A stretch of DNA of 64,000 nt from an uncultured Pelagibacteraceae bacterium (GCA_902558435.1 CACEDU010000002.1:78680-142679), one strand, 5' to 3'. Numbered from the stretch's first letter, positions 38,255 through 48,310 are shown. Translations and numbers: made by a program. Notes: a model not told the origin generated them from the letters alone.

Positions 38255-39688
38255 ATGATTGAAAAGAAGAATTTTTATATTAATGGTTCATGGGTTGCAC
38301 CAAAAAATCCAATAGATATTAAAGTTATTAATCCTGCAACTGAAAAAGATTGTGCAGTAATCTCATTAGGAGGTAAGGAAGATATTAACGATGCTGTATT
38401 AGCTGCGAAAGAGGCATTCAAAACTTGGGGTTTTTCATCAAAAGAGGAGAGACTTAGTTTATTAGAAAATTTTTACGCACTTTATAAAAAAAGATGGAAT
38501 GATATTACAGACGCAATTGTTCAAGAAATGGGTGCGCCAAAAGATTTTGCGTCAAAACTTCAAACAGGAACTGGTGCAAGTCATACAAAATCATTTATTC
38601 GTTATTTAAAAGAATTTGAGTTTGAAAAACCACTTGGAGAACATGCTAAAAATCAAAGATTAATATATGAACCAAAAGGTGTTTGTGCATTAATTACGCC
38701 ATGGAACTGGCCAATAAACCAAGTTACTTTAAAAGTTATTCCAGCTTTAGCTTCCGGATGTACCATGATTTTAAAACCTTCAGAGTTAGCTCCTTTATCG
38801 GCAATTATTATTGCTGAACTAATTGATGAAGCAAAATTTCCAAAAGGAGTATTTAACTTAGTAAACGGAGATGGAGCAACTACTGGCGATGCATTAACTA
38901 GTCATCCTGACGTGAATATGATTTCATTCACTGGTTCCACAAGAGCAGGAGCTTTGATTTCTCAAAATGCAGCTAAAGATTTTAAAAGAGTCAGTTTAGA
39001 ACTCGGTGGAAAAGGAGCAAATATTATATTTAAAGATGCTGATGCTGAAGCAATTGAAAGAGGTGCTTTTAGATGTTTTAGAAATTCAGGGCAATCTTGT
39101 AATGCTCCTACAAGAATGCTGGTTGAAAGACCAATTTATGATGAAGCTATTGAAAGACTTAAAAAATATGCAAGTGAATTTAAAGTAGATGATCCAAGTA
39201 AAGAGGGTGAGCATATAGGTCCTGTAATTTCAGATGTACAATTTAATAAAATTCAAGGCTTAATTCAAAAGGGAATAGACGAAGGTGCAAAATTAGTAGC
39301 AGGTGGACCAGGAAAACCTGAGGGATTAAAAGATGGTTATTATGTAAAACCAACTGTATTTGCGGATGTTAATAATAATATGGAGATTGCAAGAACAGAG
39401 ATTTTTGGACCAGTTTTATCTGTAATTCCATTTGAAACTGAAGAGGAGGCTATTCAGATTGCAAATGATACTGATTATGGGTTAACAAATTATATTCAAA
39501 CTCAAGATACAGAAAAAGTTCAAAGAGTTGCACGAAAACTTAGATCTGGAATGGTAGACGTTAATGGAGCTGGTATTGCAGTAGATGCTCCATTTGGAGG
39601 ATTTAAACATTCTGGGATAGGTAGAGAAGCGGGAAAAGAAGGATTGCTTGAATTTCTTGAAGTTAAATCTGTAGGTGGCTGGAATTAA
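38255..39688 (+). CDS. NAD(P)-dependent aldehyde dehydrogenase (paralog of 10015..11445)
   Basis: LELGGKG, GQSCNAPTR, ITPWNWP, EIFGPV. Same N-terminus (MIEKKNFYING.WVAP) and C-terminus (GWN) as the other ALDH. Confidence 0.9.
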   Translation: MIEKKNFYINGSWVAPKNPIDIKVINPATEKDCAVISLGGKEDINDAVLAAKEAFKTWGFSSKEERLSLLENFYALYKKRWNDITDAIVQEMGAPKDFASKLQTGTGASHTKSFIRYLKEFEFEKPLGEHAKNQRLIYEPKGVCALITPWNWPINQVTLKVIPALASGCTMILKPSELAPLSAIIIAELIDEAKFPKGVFNLVNGDGATTGDALTSHPDVNMISFTGSTRAGALISQNAAKDFKRVSLELGGKGANIIFKDADAEAIERGAFRCFRNSGQSCNAPTRMLVERPIYDEAIERLKKYASEFKVDDPSKEGEHIGPVISDVQFNKIQGLIQKGIDEGAKLVAGGPGKPEGLKDGYYVKPTVFADVNNNMEIARTEIFGPVLSVIPFETEEEAIQIANDTDYGLTNYIQTQDTEKVQRVARKLRSGMVDVNGAGIAVDAPFGGFKHSGIGREAGKEGLLEFLEVKSVGGWN

Positions 39689-40872
39689 TTCAAAGATTTA
39701 TTTTTTACGCCATCTAAAAAACTAATACATTTTTTTATTTCAGAAAGTTTTATAAATTCATCAATTTTATGAGCTTGTTTTATTGATCCTGGTCCACATA
39801 CAACTGTGCTTATTCCTATTTCTTGAAATAACCCTGCTTCAGTACCAAACGAAACCACCTCTCTTGAATTATCTCCAGTTATGCTTGAAACAAACTCACA
39901 TGCTTCAGAATTTGAAATTCTATCAAAACCAGTTATTTCACCAATAATATGTTTTTTTATTGAGGATTTAGGGTAAATTTTTTTCATTTCAGGTAATAGA
40001 GTTTCATTGGTGAATTTATCTATTTCTTTATTTAAAAAAATTCCATCCTCTTTGATAACAGGTCTTGTTTCCCAGTTTACGTGACATTTATCAGCAATAA
40101 CATTATGTGCAATTCCTCCAAAAATTCCACCAACCTGTAAAGTAGAATATGGAGGATCGAATATAGAGTCTTTTAGTTGTCTTTCTTTAAGTTTTGTTTT
40201 TAATTCTAGAAGTTTATTTACATATCTTGCAGCAAATTCAACAGCGCTAACACCTTTATCCGGTTCTGAACTATGTCCAGCAAGGCCCTCAAAATAAGTG
40301 GTATACTCATAACATCCTTTATGTGCATCTATGATTTTCATATTTGTAGGTTCACCTACAATACAAATACAATCTTTAATTTTTCTTTTTTTTAACTCTT
40401 CAATTAAAATTGGAGCTCCTTTACATGCTGTTTCTTCATCAAAGGTAAATGAAAAATGAATATCTCTATCAAGATTTGATTTTGAGAAAATTGGTGCATA
40501 AGCCAAAACACATGCAATAAAACCTTTCATATCACATGATCCTCTTCCAAATAATTTATCCTCTTTGATTGTTGCATCAAAAGGGTCTGTACTCCAACCC
40601 TTAGAAACTGGAACAACATCTGTATGTCCAGATAAAATAATTGGTTTTTTATTGCTATCTTTTTTTGCTTTTAATGTTGAAAAAAGATTAACTCTTTTTT
40701 TTTCTTCATCATAAGTTCTGAATGATATAGCACCCAATGAACTCAAAATCTTATCACAATAGTCAATCAGTTGGTTATTATCTTCTCCAGAGACTGTCTT
40801 AAATGCAATTAAATCTTTCAGTATTTCAATTGAATTGACATAAATATTTTCTAAATTATTTCCTGTACTCAT
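39685..40872 (-). CDS. M20-family deacylase (acetylornithine deacetylase ArgE-like)
   Basis: SGHTDVVP, GRGSCDMKG and FTFDEE motifs of M20 metallohydrolases; 395 aa. The stop overlaps the ALDH stop (TTAA). Confidence 0.75.
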   Translation of the reverse strand: MSTGNNLENIYVNSIEILKDLIAFKTVSGEDNNQLIDYCDKILSSLGAISFRTYDEEKKRVNLFSTLKAKKDSNKKPIILSGHTDVVPVSKGWSTDPFDATIKEDKLFGRGSCDMKGFIACVLAYAPIFSKSNLDRDIHFSFTFDEETACKGAPILIEELKKRKIKDCICIVGEPTNMKIIDAHKGCYEYTTYFEGLAGHSSEPDKGVSAVEFAARYVNKLLELKTKLKERQLKDSIFDPPYSTLQVGGIFGGIAHNVIADKCHVNWETRPVIKEDGIFLNKEIDKFTNETLLPEMKKIYPKSSIKKHIIGEITGFDRISNSEACEFVSSITGDNSREVVSFGTEAGLFQEIGISTVVCGPGSIKQAHKIDEFIKLSEIKKCISFLDGVKNKSLN

Positions 40873-40897
40873 TATTTTTTAATTATATATTAAATTT

Positions 40898-41239
40898 ATG
40901 AAAGAACAAATAACCTACGAGATATATGACAAAGTAGATATTAGAGTGGGAACAGTAATATCGGTTAAAAAAAATGAAAAAGCTAGAAAGCCATCACTTG
41001 TTGTCGAAGTAGATTTTGGCAATGAAATTGGAGTTAAGCAATCATCAGCACAAATCACTCATTATTATAATGAAGAGAATTTAGTTGGAAAACAAGTTAT
41101 TGGAGTATGTAACTTTGCAGAAAAAAATATAGCTGGTGTTGTTTCTCAAGTTCTAATACTTGGATCTATTGATAAGGAAGGAAAAGTTGTACTTGTTCAT
41201 CCTTCTCAAAAAGTAGATAATGGATTGCCTGTAGCCTAG
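40898..41239 (+). CDS. tRNA-binding domain protein (CsaA/EMAP-like)
   Basis: 113 aa. VDIRVGTVISV...VVEVDFGNEIGVKQSSAQIT...LVGKQVIGVCNF matches the OB-fold tRNA-binding domain pattern. Confidence 0.7.
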   Translation: MKEQITYEIYDKVDIRVGTVISVKKNEKARKPSLVVEVDFGNEIGVKQSSAQITHYYNEENLVGKQVIGVCNFAEKNIAGVVSQVLILGSIDKEGKVVLVHPSQKVDNGLPVA

Positions 41240-41241
41240 TA

Positions 41242-41832
41242 ATGCACCCAGAGTTACTGTCTCTTTGCTTGTTTATGTTTGTTACAAGCTGCTCTCCTGG
41301 TCCAAATAATATTGTTGCCTCACACTCAGGGTTTAATCATGGTTTTAAAAAAACAATTCCATTAATGCTAGGTGTAATATTTGGTTTTACATTTATGCTT
41401 GCAGTAGTAAATTTTGGATTAATAAAAATTTTTAATCTATATCCAATAATTCAAAAAATTCTAATATTCACAGGAACAATTTTTTTAATTTATTTATCTT
41501 ATAAAATCTCATTTTCTAAATCTTCGAGTGAAAATGGAAGTTTAAAACCAGTCAATTTTATTGAGACTTTTTTATATCAATTTTTAAATCCCAAAGGAGT
41601 AATTGTTGCAATTATTGCTGTCTCTACTTATATAGAGTCTGGTAACAAATTTATAATTTACTCAATTTGGCTATTGGCAATTGCCTTTTTATTTGCGGTA
41701 ATAAGTATAATTTTTTGGACATTAATCGGAAAATATATGAGGAAATTCGCGACAAATGAGAAATTTATAAAATGGTTTAATTATGTTATGTCGACACTTT
41801 TATTAAGCTGTATAGCAACATTTTATTACTAA
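41242..41832 (+). CDS. LysE/RhtB family amino-acid exporter
   Basis: 196 aa, about six TM segments. N-terminal FVTSCSPGPNN motif typical of LysE-type translocators. Confidence 0.7.
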   Translation: MHPELLSLCLFMFVTSCSPGPNNIVASHSGFNHGFKKTIPLMLGVIFGFTFMLAVVNFGLIKIFNLYPIIQKILIFTGTIFLIYLSYKISFSKSSSENGSLKPVNFIETFLYQFLNPKGVIVAIIAVSTYIESGNKFIIYSIWLLAIAFLFAVISIIFWTLIGKYMRKFATNEKFIKWFNYVMSTLLLSCIATFYY

Positions 41833-41836
41833 AATT

Positions 41837-44512
41837 ATGAAACCTGGAAATAAAAATTCATTTAATTGTTTAAAAGAACTATCAGTTAATGGAAAAAATT
41901 ATTTTTTTTATTCATTAAATGAAGCTGAAAAAAACGGCTTAGATGGAATTAATAGACTGCCAAAATCAGTAAAAGTTTTACTTGAAAATTTACTAAGATA
42001 TGAAGATGGGTCTACAGTTAACAAAGAGCAAATATTATCAATTAAAGAGTGGTTAAATTCAAAAAAATCTAAAACTGAAATAGCATATAGACCCGCAAGA
42101 GTTCTTCTGCAGGACTATACAGGTATACCTGCTGTAGCTGATCTTGCAGCAATGAGAGATACAGTTAAAGAAAAAAATAAAGACCCAAACAAAATAAATC
42201 CTCTTTCATCTGTAGATCTAGTCATCGATCATTCAGTTCAAGTTGACAAGTTTGCAACCAAAAATTCATTAAAAGAAAATGTTGATATTGAATTTGATAG
42301 AAACTTTGAAAGATATTCTTTTTTAAAATGGGGACAACAAGCATTTGATAACTTTAGAATTGTTCCTCCTGGGACTGGAATTTGCCATCAAGTAAATTTA
42401 GAATACTTATCGAAAGTAGTATGGAATGAAAAATTTGAAGACAAAGAATATTTATTCCCAGATACTCTTGTTGGAACCGATAGTCATACAACAATGGTAA
42501 ATGGTTTATCAGTTCTTGGCTGGGGTGTAGGAGGGATTGAGGCAGAGGCTGGCATGTTAGGGCAACCAATATCAATGTTAATACCCGAGGTAATCGGATT
42601 TGAAATGAAAAATAAATTACCTGAAGGCACAACTGCTACAGATCTGGTTTTAACAGTAGTTAAAATGCTAAGAGACAAGGGAGTTGTTGGTAAATTTGTA
42701 GAATTTTATGGAGAAGGTCTTAAAAATTTGACACTTGCAGATAGAGCGACTATTGCAAACATGGCTCCTGAATATGGAGCTACATGTGGTTTCTTTCCAA
42801 TAGATGAAGAAACTTTAAAATACTTAGAGTTTTCAGGTAGATCAAAAGAAAATATTCAGATTGTAGAAAAATATGCAAAAGAACAAAATTTATGGGCAAG
42901 TAACGATATTATATTTACTGATACGTTATCTTTAGATATGTCTACTGTGGTTCCAACAATTTCAGGACCTAAAAGACCTCAAGACAAAGTCCTTTTAACA
43001 GATGCTTCTAAGAACTTTATTAAAGTGTATGAGGATATTTTTAAAAAAAGAGAACCTACTATTGCAAAAGTTGAAGATGCAGACTTTCAAATAAAAGATG
43101 GTGATATATTAATAGCTGCTATCACGTCATGTACAAATACTTCAAATCCAAATGTGTTAATTGGAGCAGGTTTGCTAGCTAAAAATGCTATTGAGAAAGG
43201 TTTAAAAGTAAAACCTTGGGTAAAAACTTCACTAGCACCTGGATCACAAGTAGTCACCGATTATTTAGATAAAGCTGGTTTAAGCAAATATCTAGATCAA
43301 TTGGGTTTTAATTTAGTTGGGTATGGCTGTACAACTTGCATTGGAAACTCAGGACCTTTGCAAGATAATATTTCCAATGCTGTTAAAGAAAATAATTTGT
43401 ATGCTGTTTCAATTTTATCTGGAAATAGAAATTTTGAAGGTAGAATTTCACCATTAGTAAAAGCTAATTACCTAGCATCTCCTCCTTTGGTTGTTGCTTA
43501 TGCAATTGCTGGATCAATGAGAATAGATTTGTACAAAGATTCTTTAGGCAAAGATAATAATGGACTGGATATTTACTTAAAAGATATTTGGCCTACAAAT
43601 AAAGAAATAGAAGATACTCTTAAAGACTCATTAAATCCAGAAATGTTTATAAATAGATATTCAAATGTCTCTGAGGGACCTGAACAATGGCAAAAAATCA
43701 AAGTTGATACAGGTAGTATTTATAAATGGGAAGAAAATTCCACTTATGTAAAAAAACCTCCTTTTTTTGAAAATTTAACGGATGAACCAGAGGGATTTAA
43801 AGAGATAAAAGACGCAAGACCTTTGTTAATATTGGGTGATATGGTAACAACAGATCATATTTCTCCAGCTGGAACTATTCAAAAAGAAAGTCCTACAGGA
43901 AATTATTTTATGAAGCATCAAATTTTACCAAAGGATTATAATTCTTATGGTTCAAGAAGAGGAAATCATGAAGTGATGATGAGAGGAACTTTTGCTAATA
44001 TAAGAATTAAAAATGAAATGGCACCTGGTACAGAGGGAGGTTTCACAAAACTATATCCTGAAGAAAAAGTTATGCCTATTTATGATGCTGTTGTTGAATA
44101 TAAAAAAAGAGGTGTCGATTTAGTGGTTTTTGGTGGCAAGGAATATGGTACTGGCTCCTCAAGAGATTGGGCCGCAAAAGGAACAAAGTTATTGGGTATA
44201 AAGGCTGTAATAGCTGAAAGTTTTGAGAGAATTCATAGATCAAATCTTATAGGAATGGGTGTTTTGCCCTTACAATTTATAGAAAATATGAATAGACAGA
44301 ATTTAGGCTTAAAAGGATCTGAATTAATTTCAATTTTAGATCTTGAAAAAGGAGTAAACCCAGCAGATCATTTGCATGTTGAAATAAAATATGCAACTGG
44401 CGAAATTAAAAAAATTAAAATGCTATGCAGAATTGATACTAAAAATGAGCTAGAATACTACAAGAACGGTGGTATTTTGCAGTATGTGCTAAGGAATATG
44501 ATTAATGGATGA
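41837..44512 (+). CDS. acnA: Aconitate hydratase A
   Basis: 891 aa. Fe-S ligand regions GTDSHTTM, ITSCTNTSNP, CTTCIGNSGP. C-terminal swivel domain with GSSRDWAAKG. Confidence 0.95.
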   Translation: MKPGNKNSFNCLKELSVNGKNYFFYSLNEAEKNGLDGINRLPKSVKVLLENLLRYEDGSTVNKEQILSIKEWLNSKKSKTEIAYRPARVLLQDYTGIPAVADLAAMRDTVKEKNKDPNKINPLSSVDLVIDHSVQVDKFATKNSLKENVDIEFDRNFERYSFLKWGQQAFDNFRIVPPGTGICHQVNLEYLSKVVWNEKFEDKEYLFPDTLVGTDSHTTMVNGLSVLGWGVGGIEAEAGMLGQPISMLIPEVIGFEMKNKLPEGTTATDLVLTVVKMLRDKGVVGKFVEFYGEGLKNLTLADRATIANMAPEYGATCGFFPIDEETLKYLEFSGRSKENIQIVEKYAKEQNLWASNDIIFTDTLSLDMSTVVPTISGPKRPQDKVLLTDASKNFIKVYEDIFKKREPTIAKVEDADFQIKDGDILIAAITSCTNTSNPNVLIGAGLLAKNAIEKGLKVKPWVKTSLAPGSQVVTDYLDKAGLSKYLDQLGFNLVGYGCTTCIGNSGPLQDNISNAVKENNLYAVSILSGNRNFEGRISPLVKANYLASPPLVVAYAIAGSMRIDLYKDSLGKDNNGLDIYLKDIWPTNKEIEDTLKDSLNPEMFINRYSNVSEGPEQWQKIKVDTGSIYKWEENSTYVKKPPFFENLTDEPEGFKEIKDARPLLILGDMVTTDHISPAGTIQKESPTGNYFMKHQILPKDYNSYGSRRGNHEVMMRGTFANIRIKNEMAPGTEGGFTKLYPEEKVMPIYDAVVEYKKRGVDLVVFGGKEYGTGSSRDWAAKGTKLLGIKAVIAESFERIHRSNLIGMGVLPLQFIENMNRQNLGLKGSELISILDLEKGVNPADHLHVEIKYATGEIKKIKMLCRIDTKNELEYYKNGGILQYVLRNMING

Positions 44513-45146
44513 AGAAATTGAAATCATAAACACAAATAGAAGAATAGAGAAAATAAAGAATTTTCTCATTTCAAAAAGAAAACAATTAATCTCTTTGTTA
44601 TTGTTAGTTGTTTTAATACTTGTTACTTTTTTTGGTTATCAAGAGTTTGATTCAAGAAATAAAAAGCAGCTAGCAGAAAAATTTAATAATTTAGTAATAA
44701 ATTTTGAGAACGGGCAAAAAGATGTAAGTAATAATTTAGTAGAAATTATAAACGCTAAAGATAAAACTTATTCACCACTAGCCTTCTTCTTTATGTTGGA
44801 TAATAATTTAATATCCTCAAATGAAGAAATAAACTCATATTTTGACTTTCTTATAAATGAAATTGCACTTGAAAAAGAGATTAAAAACTTAACTATTTAT
44901 AAAAAAGGTCTTTTTAATTCAGATTTTATAGAAGAAAATGAATTGCTTAATATTCTAAATCCATTAATAAAATCAGAAAGTATGTGGAAACCTCAAGCCT
45001 TATATTTAATGGCAGAGTACTATTTGTCAAAAAATCAAAAGCAGAAATCTAAAGAGTTTTTTAATCAGATTCTTGATATAGAAAATATAAGCCCAAAGAT
45101 AAAATTAGAGGTTCAAAGAAGGCTGCGTTCAAATTTCAGTGAATAA
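44505..45146 (+). CDS. YfgM-like membrane-anchored helical-repeat protein
   Basis: 213 aa, one N-terminal TM (LISLLLLVVLILVTFFGY) then a helical region. Sits immediately upstream of a BamB-like gene, as yfgM does in enterobacteria. The call is mostly by synteny. Confidence 0.45.
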   Translation: MDEEIEIINTNRRIEKIKNFLISKRKQLISLLLLVVLILVTFFGYQEFDSRNKKQLAEKFNNLVINFENGQKDVSNNLVEIINAKDKTYSPLAFFFMLDNNLISSNEEINSYFDFLINEIALEKEIKNLTIYKKGLFNSDFIEENELLNILNPLIKSESMWKPQALYLMAEYYLSKNQKQKSKEFFNQILDIENISPKIKLEVQRRLRSNFSE

Positions 45147-46410
45147 AAAGTTTTTATACACAATAATTTTCTTATTTCTTGCCAGCTGTAGTTTATCTAA
45201 AAAAGATTTTAAAAAAGAGGATAAATCAATAGAAATTTTTAAAAAAATTCAGCCAATAAAAAAAGAATTTAATATTGATTTAAAAATAAATACTAAAAAT
45301 AATTTTAAACAAAATCCATTTTTAAATAATAATAGTAATAATAATGGTAAAATAAATTTCGATACCAATTTTGAAAAAGTATCAAATTATAAATTTACAA
45401 AAATTAAAAAATTTGATTCAAATCAACCAGAATTACTATTTACCAATGAAGATGAAATAATTTTTTTTGATGGAAAGGGTAGAATTTTTAAATTAAGTAA
45501 AGACTTAAAAGAAATCTGGGAAATTAATAATTATAGTAAAAAAGAAAAAAAACTTAATCCAATATTGTACTTTACTCAAATAGATAACAAATTGATAGTT
45601 AATGATAATTTGTCAAAAATGTATGCTATAGATTTAAGTAGTGGAGAAATTTTGTGGACAAAATATAGTAACTCTTCATTTAATTCAGATATTAAAACAT
45701 TTAAAGACAAATTTTTCACAATTGATTTCGACAATGTAATTAGAGCTTTTTCTTATGAAAGTGGTGATGAGTTATGGAATTTTCAAACAGAAAATTCTTT
45801 TATTAAATCAGAAAAAAAATTATCAATTGTTGTTAAAGATGAAATTGTATTTTTTGTAAATAATCTTGGAGATGTAACTGCACTTGATGTAAATAGCGGG
45901 AGTCTTGTATGGCAAACACCCACACAAAAAAATACAATATACCAAAATGCTTTTAGCCTTGAAAACTCTGATATAGTTTTTGAAAATAACAGTATTTACC
46001 TTTCAAACAACAAAAATGAATTTTTTTCAATAAATGCGAGATCTGGAACTATCAAATGGGCACAGTCAATTAATTCAAGTTTAAGGCCAACTATAATTGA
46101 TAATCTAATTTTCACTTTATCTAATGAGGGATATCTTTTTATTATAGACGACATAACAGGGAATATAATCAAGATTACTGATGTCCTCAAAAATTTTAAA
46201 AATAAAATGGAAATAAAACCAACTGGATTTATTCACGGCAAGAACAAAATTTTTATATCGTTGAGTAATGGAAAATTAGTAACTGTTAACGCAATATCAG
46301 GTACGCAAGAAAGTATTAGAAAGTTGCATGGATCAAAAATTTCCAGACCATATATATTCAAAAACAGCATGTATTTGATTAAAAACAATGCCATTGTTAA
46401 AATTAATTAA
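45139..46410 (+). CDS. bamB: Outer-membrane protein assembly factor BamB-like lipoprotein
   Basis: GTG start. Lipobox LFLASC. Repeated beta-propeller blades marked by G-x-x-x-W (GEILW, GDELW, GSLVW, GTIKW); 423 aa. Confidence 0.7.
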   Translation: MNKKFLYTIIFLFLASCSLSKKDFKKEDKSIEIFKKIQPIKKEFNIDLKINTKNNFKQNPFLNNNSNNNGKINFDTNFEKVSNYKFTKIKKFDSNQPELLFTNEDEIIFFDGKGRIFKLSKDLKEIWEINNYSKKEKKLNPILYFTQIDNKLIVNDNLSKMYAIDLSSGEILWTKYSNSSFNSDIKTFKDKFFTIDFDNVIRAFSYESGDELWNFQTENSFIKSEKKLSIVVKDEIVFFVNNLGDVTALDVNSGSLVWQTPTQKNTIYQNAFSLENSDIVFENNSIYLSNNKNEFFSINARSGTIKWAQSINSSLRPTIIDNLIFTLSNEGYLFIIDDITGNIIKITDVLKNFKNKMEIKPTGFIHGKNKIFISLSNGKLVTVNAISGTQESIRKLHGSKISRPYIFKNSMYLIKNNAIVKIN

Positions 46411-46838
46411 TGTTTTTAAAAATTTTAGAAAAACTAGGTAGAAAAAAAATTGTATTAGATAGAGGACCATCACATCCTGAGTATGATAAAGCAAAACCAT
46501 GGATGAACAGGTATTATATATTGTTTAGACATAGACCTAAGTGGTTTCCATTTAATATTTTAATTCACGAAATGTTAGACGATGATCATGGAGACGGTGT
46601 TCATAATCATTTATTCCCTTTCATTACGATAATTATTAGAGGTGGGTACTGGGAAACATTACAAACCGGTAAAGTTTGGAGACCTCCAGGTTATATAGGG
46701 TTTAGATCTGCCAATGATTTTCACAGGGTAGATTTAGAACCAGGGACTAGACCATTAACAATTTTTATAGCTGGTCCATATGGTTTGAGAAAAGGACCAA
46801 GATCAGAATATGGAATAGATTTTAAGACTAAAAAATGA
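46410..46838 (+). CDS. Hypothetical protein, possible cupin-like metal-binding fold
   Basis: 142 aa. His-rich HGDGVHNH and later PPGYIGFRSANDFHRV. Start overlaps the bamB stop (TAATG) and stop overlaps the zapE start (ATGA). Confidence 0.5.
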   Translation: MFLKILEKLGRKKIVLDRGPSHPEYDKAKPWMNRYYILFRHRPKWFPFNILIHEMLDDDHGDGVHNHLFPFITIIIRGGYWETLQTGKVWRPPGYIGFRSANDFHRVDLEPGTRPLTIFIAGPYGLRKGPRSEYGIDFKTKK

Positions 46839-47887
46839 ATTTAAATAATTCGTTCCTTAAATTTTGTGAAGATAAAGAATATGAAATTAATGAAAATCAA
46901 ATTAATATTATCAAAAAATTAAGTGAATTTTATAATCTGAACTTCAAACAGTCTTTTTTTAAAAAAATATTTATAGAAAAAAATATTAAATTAGGTTTTT
47001 ACTTAGTTGGAGATGTTGGTGTAGGTAAAACTATGATTTTAAATTTTTTTTTTAATTCATTTAAAGAAAAAAAAATAAGATTACATTTCAATGAGTTTAT
47101 GATCAAATTTCATGAATATGTGCATAAAAACAAAAAAAATAGAAAGAATAATGGCTTAGAAAAATTCGTAAAAGATTTGTCAAAAAAAACAAAATTAATT
47201 TATTTTGATGAATTTCAAGTCACTAATATCGTAGATGCAATGATATTAGGTAAATTATTTGAAAAGATATTCGAAAATAAGTTAAGAGTAATTTTTTCCT
47301 CAAATACAAATGTGAAAGATTTGTATAAAAATGGACTTCAAAGGGACCAATTTTTACCATTTATAAAAATTTTAGAGAGTAATTGTTCAGAAATAGAACT
47401 TAATATTGATGAAGATTATAGAGCTAATAAAAATATAACCTTGGATAGATTTTTATCTCCCATAGATAAATCCTCGAACTTTAGATTTAATAAGTTTTTT
47501 AGAAAAATGACAAAGGGTAAAAATAAAACATCTAAAATATTAAATATTAAAGGTCGCAAACTAACAATTGATAACTATTATGACAGAGTTATTAAATTCA
47601 CTTTTGATGAAATATTTAACAAAAACTTAGGATCCGAAGATTATATTGAGATCGGAAAAGAAAGTGATTTAATTTTTATTGAAAATTTACCAAATTTTAA
47701 TGAGGGTAACTCTAATCAACAACAAAGATTTATAACTTTCATAGATATAATTTATGAAAAAAAAATACCATTAATGATTAAATCTGAAGTAGATTTAAAT
47801 TCACTTTGCTCAGCAAGCAGTCTGAAAGAACCATTCAAAAGAACTGTAAGTCGATTGTACGAAATGACAACGCAAAAGCTAAATTAA
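46835..47887 (+). CDS. zapE: AFG1-like ATPase (ZapE family)
   Basis: Walker A GDVGVGKTM, Walker B LIYFDEFQV; 350 aa. Confidence 0.7.
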   Translation: MNLNNSFLKFCEDKEYEINENQINIIKKLSEFYNLNFKQSFFKKIFIEKNIKLGFYLVGDVGVGKTMILNFFFNSFKEKKIRLHFNEFMIKFHEYVHKNKKNRKNNGLEKFVKDLSKKTKLIYFDEFQVTNIVDAMILGKLFEKIFENKLRVIFSSNTNVKDLYKNGLQRDQFLPFIKILESNCSEIELNIDEDYRANKNITLDRFLSPIDKSSNFRFNKFFRKMTKGKNKTSKILNIKGRKLTIDNYYDRVIKFTFDEIFNKNLGSEDYIEIGKESDLIFIENLPNFNEGNSNQQQRFITFIDIIYEKKIPLMIKSEVDLNSLCSASSLKEPFKRTVSRLYEMTTQKLN

Positions 47888-47890
47888 CTC

Positions 47891-48310
47891 ATGATACAAG
47901 ATTTTTATAACTTAAAAATTAACACAAATGGACAAAAACTTTATGAATTTACAGATAAAACAATAGAGTGGGTAAAAAAAAATAATTTTAAAAATGGGAT
48001 TTTGAATTTGTCAATTCAACATACTAGTGCATCTATAATCGTTCAAGAAAATGCAGATCCGGATGTCCAAACTGATTTAATAAATTATTTTAATAAGTTG
48101 GTGCCTATGGACAATTCGTTATATATTCATACTGCAGAGGGTAAAGATGATATGCCTGCTCATATAAAATCAGCATTAACTAATAATCAAATTTCTTTCA
48201 GCATTAGAAAAAATGAAATTCTATTAGGGACTTGGCAAGGTATTTACCTATTTGAGCATAGATTAGATCCAACTACAAGAACCGTAATACATCATTTTAT
48301 AGGAGATTAG
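47891..48310 (+). CDS. YjbQ/UPF0047 family protein (secondary thiamine-phosphate synthase-like)
   Basis: 139 aa. HTSASIIVQENADPDVQTDL and DDMPAHIKSAL motifs characteristic of the family. Confidence 0.7.
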   Translation: MIQDFYNLKINTNGQKLYEFTDKTIEWVKKNNFKNGILNLSIQHTSASIIVQENADPDVQTDLINYFNKLVPMDNSLYIHTAEGKDDMPAHIKSALTNNQISFSIRKNEILLGTWQGIYLFEHRLDPTTRTVIHHFIGD

